A stretch of DNA of 64,000 bases from Eledone cirrhosa (Eukaryota): positions 46,810,001 through 46,874,000 of the forward strand of contig OZ024750.1 in assembly GCA_964016885.1 (NCBI GenBank). The letters are read 5' to 3'. A model generated the notes under the pieces. That model worked only from the letters and a program-made list of their open reading frames with translations, was not told the origin of the DNA and searched no databases. Positions 27,458 to 40,476 of the stretch are shown here, piece after piece (within the stretch, counting starts at the first letter, position 1; each line of letters opens with the position of its first letter). Position numbers and translations under genes: made by a program.

Positions 27458-29745
27458 GGCAGGCACAAGCGGTTCTGATTGAGAACGGGTCACTGGCTGC
27501 AGAAAGCGATACGGCCACCTTACCTTACAGGCAAGGAACAGGAACTTGTGTAGGAGGCTAGATGCTACCGACTAAAAATAGTCGTGGTTTTCTCAAAAAA
27601 GTTCCGTATCTCTGATACTGTAGATTGAGATAGAGGATAGAACCTCCATGATTGTGGCGCCAAATTTGTCTGCATAGGTACTGGTGGAGATACCCATATG
27701 GCCCCGACTCTCTGAATAGTTTATGGACTGAATCCAGTCATGAGACTGAAGATATGTCGTTGTAGGTGGTGCAAATGTATGCACAAAACAAGGACACCGA
27801 ATACAAGTCCTACCTTGATGAAGTCACTGCCACGTTTGATGACAAAGTCATATATATATATACCCTGTTGGGAGACCTCAATGCACATGTTGGCAGTGAC
27901 GAGCTGACGTGGTAAAGAGTGATTGGAAGGAATAGCGACCTCGATCTACAAACGAATGTAGCGGCCATACTAGACTTCTGTTCTAGAAAGGCACTCTCTA
28001 TTATGAAGAGCTTCCAGCACAGAGTTATATATAAATATAGATGATATAAGTGGAATCAGGAACAGAGATCAATAATTGAGTTTGTTATTGCCTTGATTTT
28101 GTGCTGGATGTTCCTGTTAAAAGAACGGCTGAATCCGCAACCAATCACCATCTAGTTATCTGCAACTTGAGACTAACTACAGCCAAGAAAGCCCACACAA
28201 CTGGCAGGTCCAGGGTTACCTGCAGGGTGAAGTGGGAAGCATTCGTGCACAAAGGAGTTAGGACCAGGTATACATATTACATTGCATCTAAACTCAGAGA
28301 AAACCCTAAGCAAACTGAGGATGTTGAGACAGAGTTGGGAATTTTCAGTGCTGCATTTTCTGCTTCTGGCTGTAAATGCCGCGTGCGATACGGGCTTATT
28401 GAGGCGCCAGATAAATCAAGATGTCAAAGATGCCACCCGAGCAGAGAAGGGGAAAGCCGCATGGGAAGACGAAACCCGGCCCGTGATATCAAAAACCTTA
28501 AATAAAGAAGGCATTCTCCTGTTGACTCGTTGTACCGGGTGACCTGGATCTCTAGAAAGGCATCTAAGTAATAGCAATCGGAAGTGATAATCACTATTTT
28601 CAAAAAGGTCTACACGTGAGATTTTTCCAATTACAGAGGGATCATATTATTAATCCTTTTTCGTGAAGTCTATGCTAAATGTCTGGAAAAGATATCCATG
28701 GATATTATTGAGTCCAAACTAGCTGATGAACAGAGTGATTTTCGCCTCGGAGGCAGCACAGCTGACACCAAATAGTCACACTGCAGCATGTATTCAAGAA
28801 ATCGTGGGAGTATTGCCAAGATGTATATTCTTAATTTGTCGACCTTGAAAAGACATATGAGGCGATCATCCGGACACGCTGTGGAAGGTTCTGTAGGAGC
28901 ATGTGATCGATGGTCAGCTCATTTTTGTCGTGATGTCTCTATACGAATGCCCAATTATTTGTTATCGGATAAATGGTACTAAATGGAAACCATTCAATGT
29001 GGTAGTCCGACTCCACCAAAGGTATTACCTATCATGTTCAATATTTTCATGAACAGGATTGACATCGATAACCTTGTTGGAGGTGGTAAAATCACTGGAA
29101 TTTATAGACGACATATTGTTACTCACCGCGACAGAAGGCGCTCTTCGATTTGCACGCGATGGGATTCATGCCGAGTGCTGCATGGCTGGAATGGAAATCA
29201 GTGCTACCAAAACTGAGGAACTCGTCCTCCATCTAAGCCTGTGCAATGCACTCCATATATAAATGGAGTTCCACCTAAGCAACTTGGAGAAGTTCATGTA
29301 TTTCCGGGCCGTATTAACGAGTGACGGTTATGAAGAGGCGGATTTAAGTGCAATAATTGCAGACGTTTCTGTAGTAATGTGCCACTCCCAGGAGTCAGTA
29401 ATCAAAAGAAGGAGGTGGGTGTAAAACCCAATCTTCAATTCCGTATTCGTTGCAAACCTTACCTATGGTCATGAATATTGGGTAATAACCGGAAGAATAT
29501 AATAGCGAATACAAGCGGCCGAAATGGTGTTCATCCAATTGGCTTTTGGTGCAACGTTACTCGATAGAGATCAGTAAGTCACATTAGGTAGAAATGCTAC
29601 TTCCACGAATTGTGAGATCACGCACTGACTGTGAGATTGAGATCACAACTCCGATACTTTCGTCTGCTGTTAGAATGTCTCAGATAAGAATTACTGGACA
29701 GATTTTACGAGTAAAATCAACCGCTAGGAGGCCAAAGGGTAGATC
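27458..29745 (+). mobile_element. Decayed RTE-clade LINE (APE endonuclease + RT)
   Basis: Broken motifs LLGDLNAHVG, NHHLVI, NYRGI.LL, EQSDFR.G.ST, FNIFM, EKFMY.G, LTYGHEYWV and RRPKGR, with many stops and frameshifts. Confidence 0.85.
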
Positions 29746-29891
29746 TTTTGCAAGATCACGGAAGAGAGAGAGAGATATAGAGAGAGAAAGAGAAAAACGA
29801 GAGAGGGGTAGAGAGAGAAAAGAGAAAAGAGAGAGATATGTAGAGAGAGAGAGAGGCAGACATAGAGAGAAAGACAGAGAGAGAGAGAGAA

Positions 29892-29927
<36 letters not shown>

Positions 29928-30336
29928 TAATAATAATAATAATAATAATAATAAGAAGAAGAAGAAAGAGAAGAAGAACAGGAAGAAGAAGAAGACGAGA
30001 ACGACTAACTATTACTCAATTTGTATATTATGATCTGGAAATATAGGAAAAATTATATAACGCCGTTTAAAATAAAACACTTAAGTTAAATTCGGACGCA
30101 TATGGTTAGTGCTCAATTGTGGACAAACCACAATGTGACATTGAATTCAATAAAGCAATTCTTAGCACACATTTTGAATTGTGATAAATTTGATTGGTAA
30201 GTTTAAATTTTCAACTGTGTGTTTAAATGCTTTTGTGTTAGTTTTCATCAATCAGTTGAAGTAAAACCATCACCAGGGTAGCATGCATGTTGAAACGTTA
30301 AAGATAGAAACAAAACCTATAAAACGAAATACTCAC

Positions 30337-30450
30337 CAAAAGTGTTACCACTGTGAGGGTATGATTTGCAAGAGACTCTGCAATTTTCTTCTGGCTCAAA
30401 ACGTAATTTTTGGTTATATTAATGCCAGAAAGAGAATTCCATATGCCTAT
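30337..30450 (-). CDS. Ionotropic glutamate receptor (kainate-like) exon, end of ATD / start of S1, 114 nt, phase 0/0
   Basis: IGIWNSLSGINITKNYVLSQKKIAESLANHTLTVVTLL with acceptor tttcAG and donor GTgagt. Resembles the GluK1/2 segment IGIWNS..GLN.T....DSLANRTLIVTTIL and splices in frame to the EPPY exon. Confidence 0.92.
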
Positions 30451-30518
30451 CTGAAATGATAAATAAAAGAATAAATTTAACAACAAATATATATTTAGTT
30501 ACATTATCGTTCAGGTAA

Positions 30519-30670
30519 AAGGCGCTGGTACGGGTGTCGCTTTAGGATTACCCACACAGCAACGTGACTTAGGGTTCTCTTCTACAGCATGGCATCATGG
30601 GTAAGTGTTTCCAATATAATCTCGGGTTTTGAACCCAATCTGATTAACAGAATCTGAAAAGTCCCATCGT
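30519..30670 (+). mobile_element. Diverged tRNA-derived SINE, third family
   Basis: aggcgc..gggttc..ggcatcatgggtaagtgt..ctcggg..ctgaaaagtcccatcgt pattern. Related remnants lie near 33190-33320, 34130-34270 and 36590-36700. Confidence 0.4.
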
Positions 30671-30718
30671 CATCTTTCATTCTCTATCTCTCTCTCTCTT
30701 TGTATATATATATATATG

Positions 30719-30797
<79 letters not shown>

Positions 30798-30798
30798 A

Positions 30799-30839
<41 letters not shown>

Positions 30840-30875
30840 TGTAAATATATATATATATACATATATATATATGTA

Positions 30876-31222
30876 AATATTTCGTTTCTGAATTTGTTTA
30901 GCAAGATTCTTTATCTGAAATCGTGTGTTGAAACCGATATTGTTATACTTTGGGAGGGTCATGTTGCCAATAAGAAACACACGCACCAGTTGCTTTCACT
31001 TCAATTTAATTTATTAAATATTTATAAATTTACAAATTTATAAATTTCTGGTTGGTTGGTTGGTTCCACAACCAGATAGTTGTTTATATATATATAGTCA
31101 TAGTTCTTTCGTCACACACTCTGTGACCTCTTCAGTGACTGGGGATTTCTTTCTTCGTTTCTGTGCCTTTCCTTTCTTCTATCCTACGCCATTTTGTTTG
31201 TCAAACAAAGTATAACAATATA
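30876..31222 (-). mobile_element. Solo pLTR-like element: HHR, then AATAAA, then ORF start [19 protein letters not shown]
   Basis: Shares atgaccctcccaaagtataacaatat with the end of PLE1 (2001-2026). A short inverted copy (aaagtataacaatat) lies at about 31207-31221. Confidence 0.65.
31096..31140 (-). ncRNA. Minimal type I hammerhead ribozyme, intact core
   Basis: AGTCA CTGAAGA g GTCACA gagtg TGTGAC GAAA GAAC TA TGACT: 5-bp stem I, 6-bp stem II, CUA cleavage triplet. Confidence 0.82.
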
Positions 31223-31224
31223 TG

Positions 31225-31393
<169 letters not shown>

Positions 31394-31707
31394 ATGGTCT
31401 GAAAAAATACGGGAGGTTATAATCATAAGAATATAACACTCAGTCCATAGGACTAATTTGTCATAGAATTAGTTCCACAACCAGTTATCAAACCATTCTT
31501 GAGGACAAGACATTTACTTAACGGATTCTCAACTGGAATTGAGACGCGGTGAAACGCGTGACTTCGAGGATAGTTTGATAACTTTTTGTGGAACTACCTC
31601 TCCTTCTCTCTCCTATTCTCTTTCTGTCTGTCGTTCTCTCTATATATATGTATGTTTGTATATGTTTGTGAGTGCGTGTGTGTGTGAGAGAGAGAGAGAG
31701 CGAGATA

Positions 31708-31740
<33 letters not shown>

Positions 31741-33721
31741 GGGTTGTATGTTCGTGTGGCGATATTTAAGCTTGTGTTCGAGAATTGACACACATTATAT
31801 CGATTCGACAAAATGAGTCCTATAAAACAGGTACTGTGGTATCTATGATGTACTAGATAGTACTTTCAATATTGTGTCCAGCTTATGTTGCTGTCTAACG
31901 AGTGAAACCAATAGGAACACAAGAGATCTACATAAAACGAAGTAAAGATTTTATTTAGTTTTATTGTTATATGCAAATTCTATGATGCCAATGTGTTCAC
32001 TAATAATATAGTTTCTGATTTGATTGTCTCTTGTGGATCGATAAAATGCCGGTTGATTTGTATAGATTTATTTGAATCATTCCATCCTCGCGCATGATAG
32101 CTTTCTATCGATATGACACGTCATTAATAATTTCCTTTTAAAAGATTATTTGGATAGGGTGAATTGACAGAGCGTCGAGACAAACAGCTTTGGCATATAT
32201 ACCAGTCACGAATTGGAGTCCATTTAATCGACTTTCTCATACCTTTAACATTGTTGGCCTTGTGTCCAAAGTAGAAACAATTATAATTAATATTTTACGT
32301 TCTGAGTTCAAATCTCGCCATGGCTTGCTTTGCCTTTAGTCCTTACGAGCTCGATAAAATTTAGTATCCGTAATTCGGTTCGATAAAATAAACAGTATCC
32401 TACCACAACATTTTTTATTTTCTTTGTCTAAATCAGAAAATATTATTTGTTCCGTCTCTTCTGAAATCTGATTGCAAACCTTACAAAGGTCAATATTTCC
32501 TTTCATTCGTCTGGGTTCGAAGGAATGAACTAGCTGACAAGTATTTGCTCAAAATAATTGACTATTTCCTCCCGCCAAAATCTTGGCATTGTGCCTAAAG
32601 ACTGCATCAATTATTATTATCAATGTTGTTGTTGTTCCAATTATCACCCCCACCAACACTACCATCAATATTATCATCAGCGTTGTCCTCACCATAATAA
32701 GAGTATAACTGTTGTTTGTCAGGCGACAGTTGAGGTCGCTGTTAATTTTGAGTATTGTTCATACGATGGGTTTGTGTGTCTGTGAATATCTGTATTTGTG
32801 AACGCCAGCAAATGTGTTATGCTAATTTCTTTTTGCAGGTCCTTCCGTGTCTTTTAATTGATTTATTTCTCTCTTCCAGACTATTTTCACCAAAATTGTC
32901 TGTAACAAGAACAACAGTCTGCCAAATATTTCGGAGAATGGAAATATATAAAGATTAATGAGATTTAAGTTAACAATTAACGTTGGGAAATGTATTGTGG
33001 TGTGGAGCAGGAGTTCAACAAGGTAAAACGTTAGCTATCATATAAAGGAATATGTATAGAAGCATTAGAGTTATGTGTTTAGTACCTCTCCATGGGGCTC
33101 AGGGTAAATATTTTCTACGATACCAAGAGGGGACCAATGTCGTATGGGTGGAATCTGATGAGCATATAAAGCGTTTACCTATAACCATGGTTTTTCATAA
33201 GAGTTGAGCCGAACATAGACTAAAATAAACGACACTTCCCATATGACAGTAAGATTGAACTCGGAAATTAAATTTTGCGAAGCTAATTTCTTAATTACTT
33301 GACCACACTGCCTCCTCACTGAAAAAAATAGGAGGTAAAATGAAATTATGTACAGGTCAGTGTTTGTTAATATTATGTAAATCCTTATTTTGGGCCTGCT
33401 GTATAGCGTCTCTTGTGCCCCCGGGAGGGGGGGGGGCAGCACTCATGCCACCTCGCCCTAGGCCCTGAGCCCAATCACACTCACCCTCGCCCCTCTCTTC
33501 TGCGACACCATAGCTCTTGCCATCCCCTCCCTTTCCCGTTCTATTTCTTCTTTCTTTCATTTTTTTTCTATATTCCCCTATTCTTTCTGTCCCTTTTCAC
33601 CGCCTTTTTCAAAATGTTTTGAACGAATACAGCCTTCAACACTCTCATAAATTACTCGTCTATGATTTCCCCCCACCACCACAGAACTTCATAACACTGT
33701 AACGGAGACAAATGTAATAAT

Positions 33722-33850
33722 TGTTTTTCTGAAACAGGCACAAGGCTATCTATTTTGGAGGAAGGGAAAGTCGATTGTATCGACCCAGTGCATTACTGGT
33801 ACTTTATTTTATCGACCCCGTAAGGATGAAAGGCAAAGTTAACCTCGGAG
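33722..33850 (-). mobile_element. tRNA-derived SINE, abundant family (3' part)
   Basis: Match to the main SINE consensus. Confidence 0.75.
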
Positions 33851-34308
33851 ACAACTGTAATAATAAAAATCTCTTATAATAATCCATATTGAAAGTTCAA
33901 AGCCACCGGGATTAGATTTATCTTTCATCATTTCATCAATCTGATATTGATAAAATAAAGCACCAGTAACGGACTGGATCGATTTAATCAACATTCCTTT
34001 ACCCCACCCCACTCCATTTTGTTGACATTGTACTTAAAGCAGAAACCATTACGATATTCGGCAGCAGAGAACACAATTCTGATATCTATAGTGTCTGATG
34101 CACTAATACAGTACATATTATGACGGCGTGTCTGTGCTGTTAAACAGTTTACCAGACTATGTGTTTCGAGTTAGTCATTGCGCCGCATCTTTGGCGTAAG
34201 TCATACAACATGTATATGAAAAATATTTAGTACACTTAGTACAAGGAAATCTTATTGAAGTCCATCGTGTATAAGTGTATCTCTACTTCTTCTCCCTCTT
34301 TATATATA

Positions 34309-34374
<66 letters not shown>

Positions 34375-34379
34375 CACGA

Positions 34380-34421
<42 letters not shown>

Positions 34422-34486
34422 AACAGATAGTTTATCGATCTAGATGGCTGAATAAAGTAAATGTAATTTGAGTTTTTCGAATAATA

Positions 34487-34954
34487 ATAATAATATTCGA
34501 TTCGTTTACAATTATGCAAACATCCTCTTTAAAGCCCTGTCAGTAGAATGAAACCGTCATTCTGGCCCTTGTGGTGGCATATAAACAAAATTGCAAACAC
34601 TAAAGTTTAGGTGTGAATACCCTTCATCAGTGCAGCAAATTGCTTACCGATAGGCCTAGATCTAACTAATTAGTGGTCTGCTAATATGCAGATCTGACTG
34701 ACAAGGAAGTCTGCTAATATGCAAATTAGCCCGATCAGTCACTATGTATTTTAGAATATATCAGATAATTACACTAGATCTAATAGTTGGCAGATAAGCA
34801 ATATACTATACTGATAAAGGGTAATCACCCAGAAACATTAGTGCCTGTAGTTCTATTTACATGCAAACACAAGAGCAATGATTTTGGGGTCATTCTACTG
34901 ATATGGCTTTAAAGAGGTTGTTTCTATAATTGCAAACGAATCGAATATTATTAT
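34487..34954. repeat. Old fold-back of about 470 bp with a degenerate HHR in each arm
   Basis: Diverged reverse-complement arms. Minus strand CTGATGA agggt.. at 34624-34630; plus strand CTGATAA agggt aatc accc a GAAAC atta GT at 34811-34842. Confidence 0.7.
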
Positions 34955-35086
34955 ATTGACATATCCAGTGAGAAGATCTTAACGTTCAAGTATTTCCTGG
35001 ATAGTCTATCCAGGAAAAACCTGAACCGTTAAGAAGTCTTTCCTGGATATGTCAATATTTATAAAACAAAATTTGTATTTTATCTA
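34955..35086. repeat. Family A 5' segment as a fold-back, truncated at the HHR core
   Basis: Palindrome centred on ggatagtctatcc. Matches 4543-4622 and stops at tattttatct. Confidence 0.7.
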
Positions 35087-35759
35087 CACCAGTTAGTACT
35101 TCCATGATTCGAATAGCGTTTGTTGTTGTTTGTTTATGTGTATTAAAAAAAAAATATTAATATGTATTTATATAAATATATATATGCAATATATATATAT
35201 ATATATATATATAAATATATATATGCAATATCTGTATTTGTGTCTGTAAGTATGTGTATTTCGGTAAAGAATGAAAAGAATCAATCAGAAAAAAAAACAT
35301 CATATGCATATTCGAAGGAAATCACTTCTGATACTTGTTCTGTACTTGTCACCCTCACCGTTGAAAATGCATTTAATCTGAGATTAGGCGACTTAAAATC
35401 TACAACCAACGCCGCTTTCTGCCGCAATTAGCCAGTATGAAATATAAGTAAATGAAATAAATAATGTACAGTTCCAGGATGAAAGTTATTGATTATTTAA
35501 TTCCAGACCAAATAATCTGATTAGTTATGACAATCAATTAATCAATGAAGATAGGCAATAGAGTTAAATTCAAATTAATATCAGATTAGTGAGTGAAAAA
35601 TAGAAAATATGACACAATTTGGGTCTATATCTGGAAAACACAGAATATACATTGCTGTTTTCATGATAATCACAAATAGAATCTTTTTGGAAATCTCTCA
35701 CCCTCTCTCCCTTTCTCTCTCTCTCTCTCTATATATATATATCTATATATATCTATATC

Positions 35760-35791
<32 letters not shown>

Positions 35792-35873
35792 GTGAGAGAG
35801 AGACAGAGAACAGAGCGATAGAAGGAGACAGAGAAATAAATAAATAGATAGAGTGAGAGCGAGAGAGGGAGGG

Positions 35874-35938
<65 letters not shown>

Positions 35939-35961
35939 GAGAGAGAGAGAGAGAGAGATAG

Positions 35962-36000
<39 letters not shown>

Positions 36001-37193
36001 CAATCAAAGCAGACTCTATTTAATATCTTGATGGAAAAAATTATAATTATTCTGGGGTTGCAAAAAAATATGTATATTCTTTCCACCTTTTTCTGGTTTC
36101 ATGTAACTTCAGATATGCTGGAGCGCTGGTTTGAAGTGTATAGACGATCATAACTTCTATAAATTCCCTTAAATATTTATTTTTCTCAGAACATAAGAAT
36201 GGTAGATTTAAAGACACACACAGACAAGGATTCGAAATTATTCTGTATACTTTCCAAATGTTACTGAAATGCCTAAAATTATAGCAGCAGACACTTGTCC
36301 AAGTTCGAATCTCTGATTCTGACAGGAATTTACACGGTTTTAAGCTCTTTTGGGGATAAACGTTCATCGGTATCGACGATTTGTGTTTTAGTTGTTCGAT
36401 AACAGAAAGAGCCCGATCGTGAAAACAACGCGCGTTGGATTGAGCATCCAGCGACACAAAATACCTCCATGACCTGGGATATTCGACGTGTAACAATGTA
36501 GGCTAATACTGGCCCTTTGAATTACAGGTACAGTCTATCCGAAGGGATTAAAAATAGATTACATCAATCTCAATTCACTCACAAACGTGGGCCGACACGA
36601 TATTGTGGTGAATGACACTTTCCCAAGTCTCCATACAGTTTAATTGGAACCGTCACATTATGATTACAAAAGCAACTTCGTAATCATCGGACATATAGCG
36701 TATACATGTTCCTAGCATATTTTACATATAAATGTCTGTAGTGACAGTAACTATGTCGGAACAATAAATGATTATTTCATCAAGTGTAAATTTATTGCGG
36801 TCATTTCCATATTTAATCATAGCTAGTTTGGTGTTAACGCTATTTATCTAGCCGTTTATCGATCTACCTAAGTACATTTACATATGTGTCTATATGCTCT
36901 AATATGTAATTCGACATACACCTTTGTCTAAGTCTATATGCACTCATATGGATCTAGACATAAACTTCTGCCTTCTAGTTGCGTGGGAATTTGTATTTAT
37001 TCGTATCTAATATATGCCACTTTGCTAAGGCTTGATCTGAAGTTAACACCAGCATTCGTCTAGCTATCTATCGATCTTACTACATATGTATACATCTGTC
37101 GCTTTGTTTTATGTATATCTATACATATAAATATGTTTGCTTGCGTTGGAGTATGAGTTTGTTCACATACCGCACGTACACCTAAGAGTAAAT

Positions 37194-37303
37194 CAAATCC
37201 CGCCGAGGTTAACTTTGCCTTTCATCCTTTCGGGGTCGATAAAATAAAGTACCAGTAATGTACTGGGTAATTTCTGGCCTTGTGCCAATAGTAGAAACAA
37301 TTA
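37194..37303 (+). mobile_element. tRNA-derived SINE, abundant family (5'-truncated)
   Basis: Match to the main SINE consensus. Confidence 0.8.
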
Positions 37304-37725
37304 TTTGGATGTATTTAGTATTTCCTTCACAAATTTATACTGATAGTGACGGACTTTTAATTGAAATTTTAAACATAATATTTCTTAATGGTTTGTGATA
37401 TTATCGTTGCATCTAAAGCACCACTCTATTATTTGCAGGAACACAGAGAACTAACTAGTACAATTTCACATACGATATATTTTCTGGATTAATTATGGAG
37501 AGGAAATGGCAGAGTGCTCTCCCTTTGAAATATATGTAGACGTAAGTGCTCTGTCAATATATGACTGAAATAAAACACCATTAAAACGGTAAGCACTTTG
37601 CACTTTGGAAAATAGTTTATAGCTTATCTTCTTCCCTGACAATCTGTCTGTTTCATTTTCCCTGGCATTCAATTTAATCTGCCTATCAACATGATATGTT
37701 ACTTATTGCTCTGCCCTTCATCTGA

Positions 37726-37795
<70 letters not shown>

Positions 37796-39913
37796 ACACA
37801 CACATACACACACAAGTATACATATATATATATATATATAATTCACTTATTTCTTCTTACTTTCTGTCTATCTTATTTCTTTACATTTCTTTCTTAATTC
37901 TTTCTTCATACTTACAAATACTTCTTCCATTCTCTTGATATATTTTACAATAAATGCCTGCAGACATATACGATCACACACACGATCACACACACACAAA
38001 CATAAACGTAGACAGATACACACGCATTATACACATGAAGTTAGGGAGGAGAAGTAGCGTCACTGTGTGACAAGCCTGGACCTGTGAGTGGACAGGAGAA
38101 ACGTGAAACAAAGAATCTCGCTGAAGGACACGAAACAAAACTGTGCAGCGAAATTATAACCTTGTGACAAATAGCTGAACCTTCCAATCACTAAACCATT
38201 TCCAACAGTCTCCTTCCCCGTCTCTTGGCCATCAGGCGCAATTACCACAAGTGTACGAGCTCTAGAGTGTATACAATATTTATTTACTACTTTCTTACAC
38301 AATGTAGCTTTATTTTAAATATCAACATGCTTCTATATATAATCATTGTGGAGATGATCATTATAGCAAGACTATATTTTATGAGAAAAAGATCACTCGC
38401 ACACTCACAGACCCAAACACACACATATATATGTATGTGTATGTTTGTTTGCGTATGTGTCTCAAGAGCTAATACATGTACCCAACTCACAGTGTTGACG
38501 TATATATATATTGGGAAAGCGATAGTTGTGAATGATAAACAAGAGATAAATCGAAAAGCGTGTTGTAATATGAAGGTTCAATGACCGGAGTGATATAATG
38601 AGAAGAGTAAGAGAATATTGATATAAACAACGGCTATATCTCATCTTAGCCTTCAAAGTATAAAGAGGATACGATATATCATTATCATAGTTGTGTAAAT
38701 ACGTAAACATAGAATGGATTAGCCAACCGTCAATTTCGACGATGAATGCAACTGATCTTTCAAATCTAAAATAGGGAAAAGTTGAAAGTGTTTACCTCGT
38801 TCGGTGTAGAATTGGTAGGTCCAAAACATTTTCCAATCACAAACATGTGCACACACTTGCATACACATATATTAGTGAACATGTATTTTACTTTAAACAT
38901 AAAGAGACATCTGTAAATGATAATAACGATATTTAGATATTAAGGTACATATCTCTATTGGTATTATCATTGTTTTTCCTTGTGTGTAGTAACACGGTTT
39001 GTGTATGTTGTTGCTGCTGACTCTAGCAGGGTCCAAGAAAACACGTCTTGACCTAGCTGGCACTAATTAAGATGCAAGCGTTTAAATATTCGTTAGATTC
39101 GTCAACTCTTAGAGAGTTTCAGGATGGTACTGTGTGATATTACAGAGGCACTCCATTTGATAGACTTCAAAAGAGTTTCCTTGTATTCAATTTCACCTAC
39201 AATACTTGGATCCTCTGGAGACTGTGCGAACCGACACATGCCGAAGTCGATAGGCAATAGAATCGAACCGAGGATTTTATGATTGTGAAGCGTTCCCCTC
39301 AGCCCTTCGGTTATAAGTCGACCAGATATAAACATATTTGTAAGAGTACATAGGCAGATACTCAAACACAAGCAAGGTGTGAATAGATTTTGTGTTTGTA
39401 TTGAATGTGTAACCGGGAAAAATGGCGTAAATAGTTGGTTAGTGGGACTTGGCAGAATTCTTAACAAGCCGGATATAAACATCTTGTGATATTTACTTAC
39501 GGATCTTTACGTTTTGAGTTGAAATCTTGCCAATGTCCATTCCAACCTTAATCTTTCTGGGTTCAATGAAATAAAACACTACACACATGCTGGAGTAGTT
39601 TAGTTCAACTGACCTCTGTGTGGCAAATATTTGGTACTTGTTCCCATGTTAGAAGTGATTATATTTCTAGTGGGAAAGAAATGGTGAAGTGTGCATATGA
39701 ACTGTGGAAATAATTCATGCATATATTCAGGAGACTTTAGAAATGAGTTTAGAAAGTTTTCTCGGATATCTGTTGATTTGGTGAAGGTTCGTGGCTAGGA
39801 TGGTCAATGTTTTATGTCTCCGAGAAAGAAATGTTATTCCACATTTCCCTAGTCCACTCAATTAGTAAAAATGAAGTTTCTTCGTAATTCAAACGGCTAA
39901 TCGCTACAGATTA

Positions 39914-40100
39914 GTGGATTGGCAGTATTGGTAGAGTGTCGGATGCCATGCTTTGGCGCATATAGTTACGGCCCTTGCCATTCTGAGTTCAAATCCCGCC
40001 GAGGTTAACTTTGCCTTTCATCCTTACGAGGTCGATAAAATAAAGTACCAGTAATACACTGGTGTATTGCTGGCCTTGTGCCTAACGTAGAAACAATTAT
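39914..40100 (+). mobile_element. tRNA-derived SINE, abundant family
   Basis: Full-length match: gtggattggcagtattggtagag...gagttcaaatcccgcc...ggccttgtgcc. Confidence 0.85.
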
Positions 40101-40371
40101 TTATTACGCTGAATCTTCATGAGGATTACGCTAAGAGTATGAGCATCAGTGGAATGCTCAGACACGTACATTTTAATTTCATGCGCAGGAACTCCCGATC
40201 ATCGGGACAACTTGGACAGTCGTCGTGTGAACCAGCTGCTGTCAAACAACAATACTTTCTTCATTATAAACGGATTATGGGAGTGCAGATAGGGGAGGAG
40301 GTGTTGATTATCGTCAATGAGCTGAAAATTATTGCAGCAAACGTGGTGTTGGTGTTACTGTTGGTAATGAT

Positions 40372-40476
40372 AATTGTTTCTACTTTTCGCACAAGGCCAG
40401 CAATTACCCAGTACATTACTGGTACTTTATTTTATCGACCCCGTAAGGATGAAAGGCAAAGTTAACCTCCGCGGAA
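40372..40476 (-). mobile_element. tRNA-derived SINE, abundant family; inverted relative to 39914-40100
   Basis: Match to the main SINE consensus. Confidence 0.8.

Noticed and set aside
35314-35430. Open minus-strand stretch as an upstream iGluR exon
   Set aside because: No ATD-like motif and no convincing splice sites.
39914-40000. SINE heads as tRNA genes
   Set aside because: Only A/B-box-like remnants fused to SINE bodies; no complete cloverleaf.
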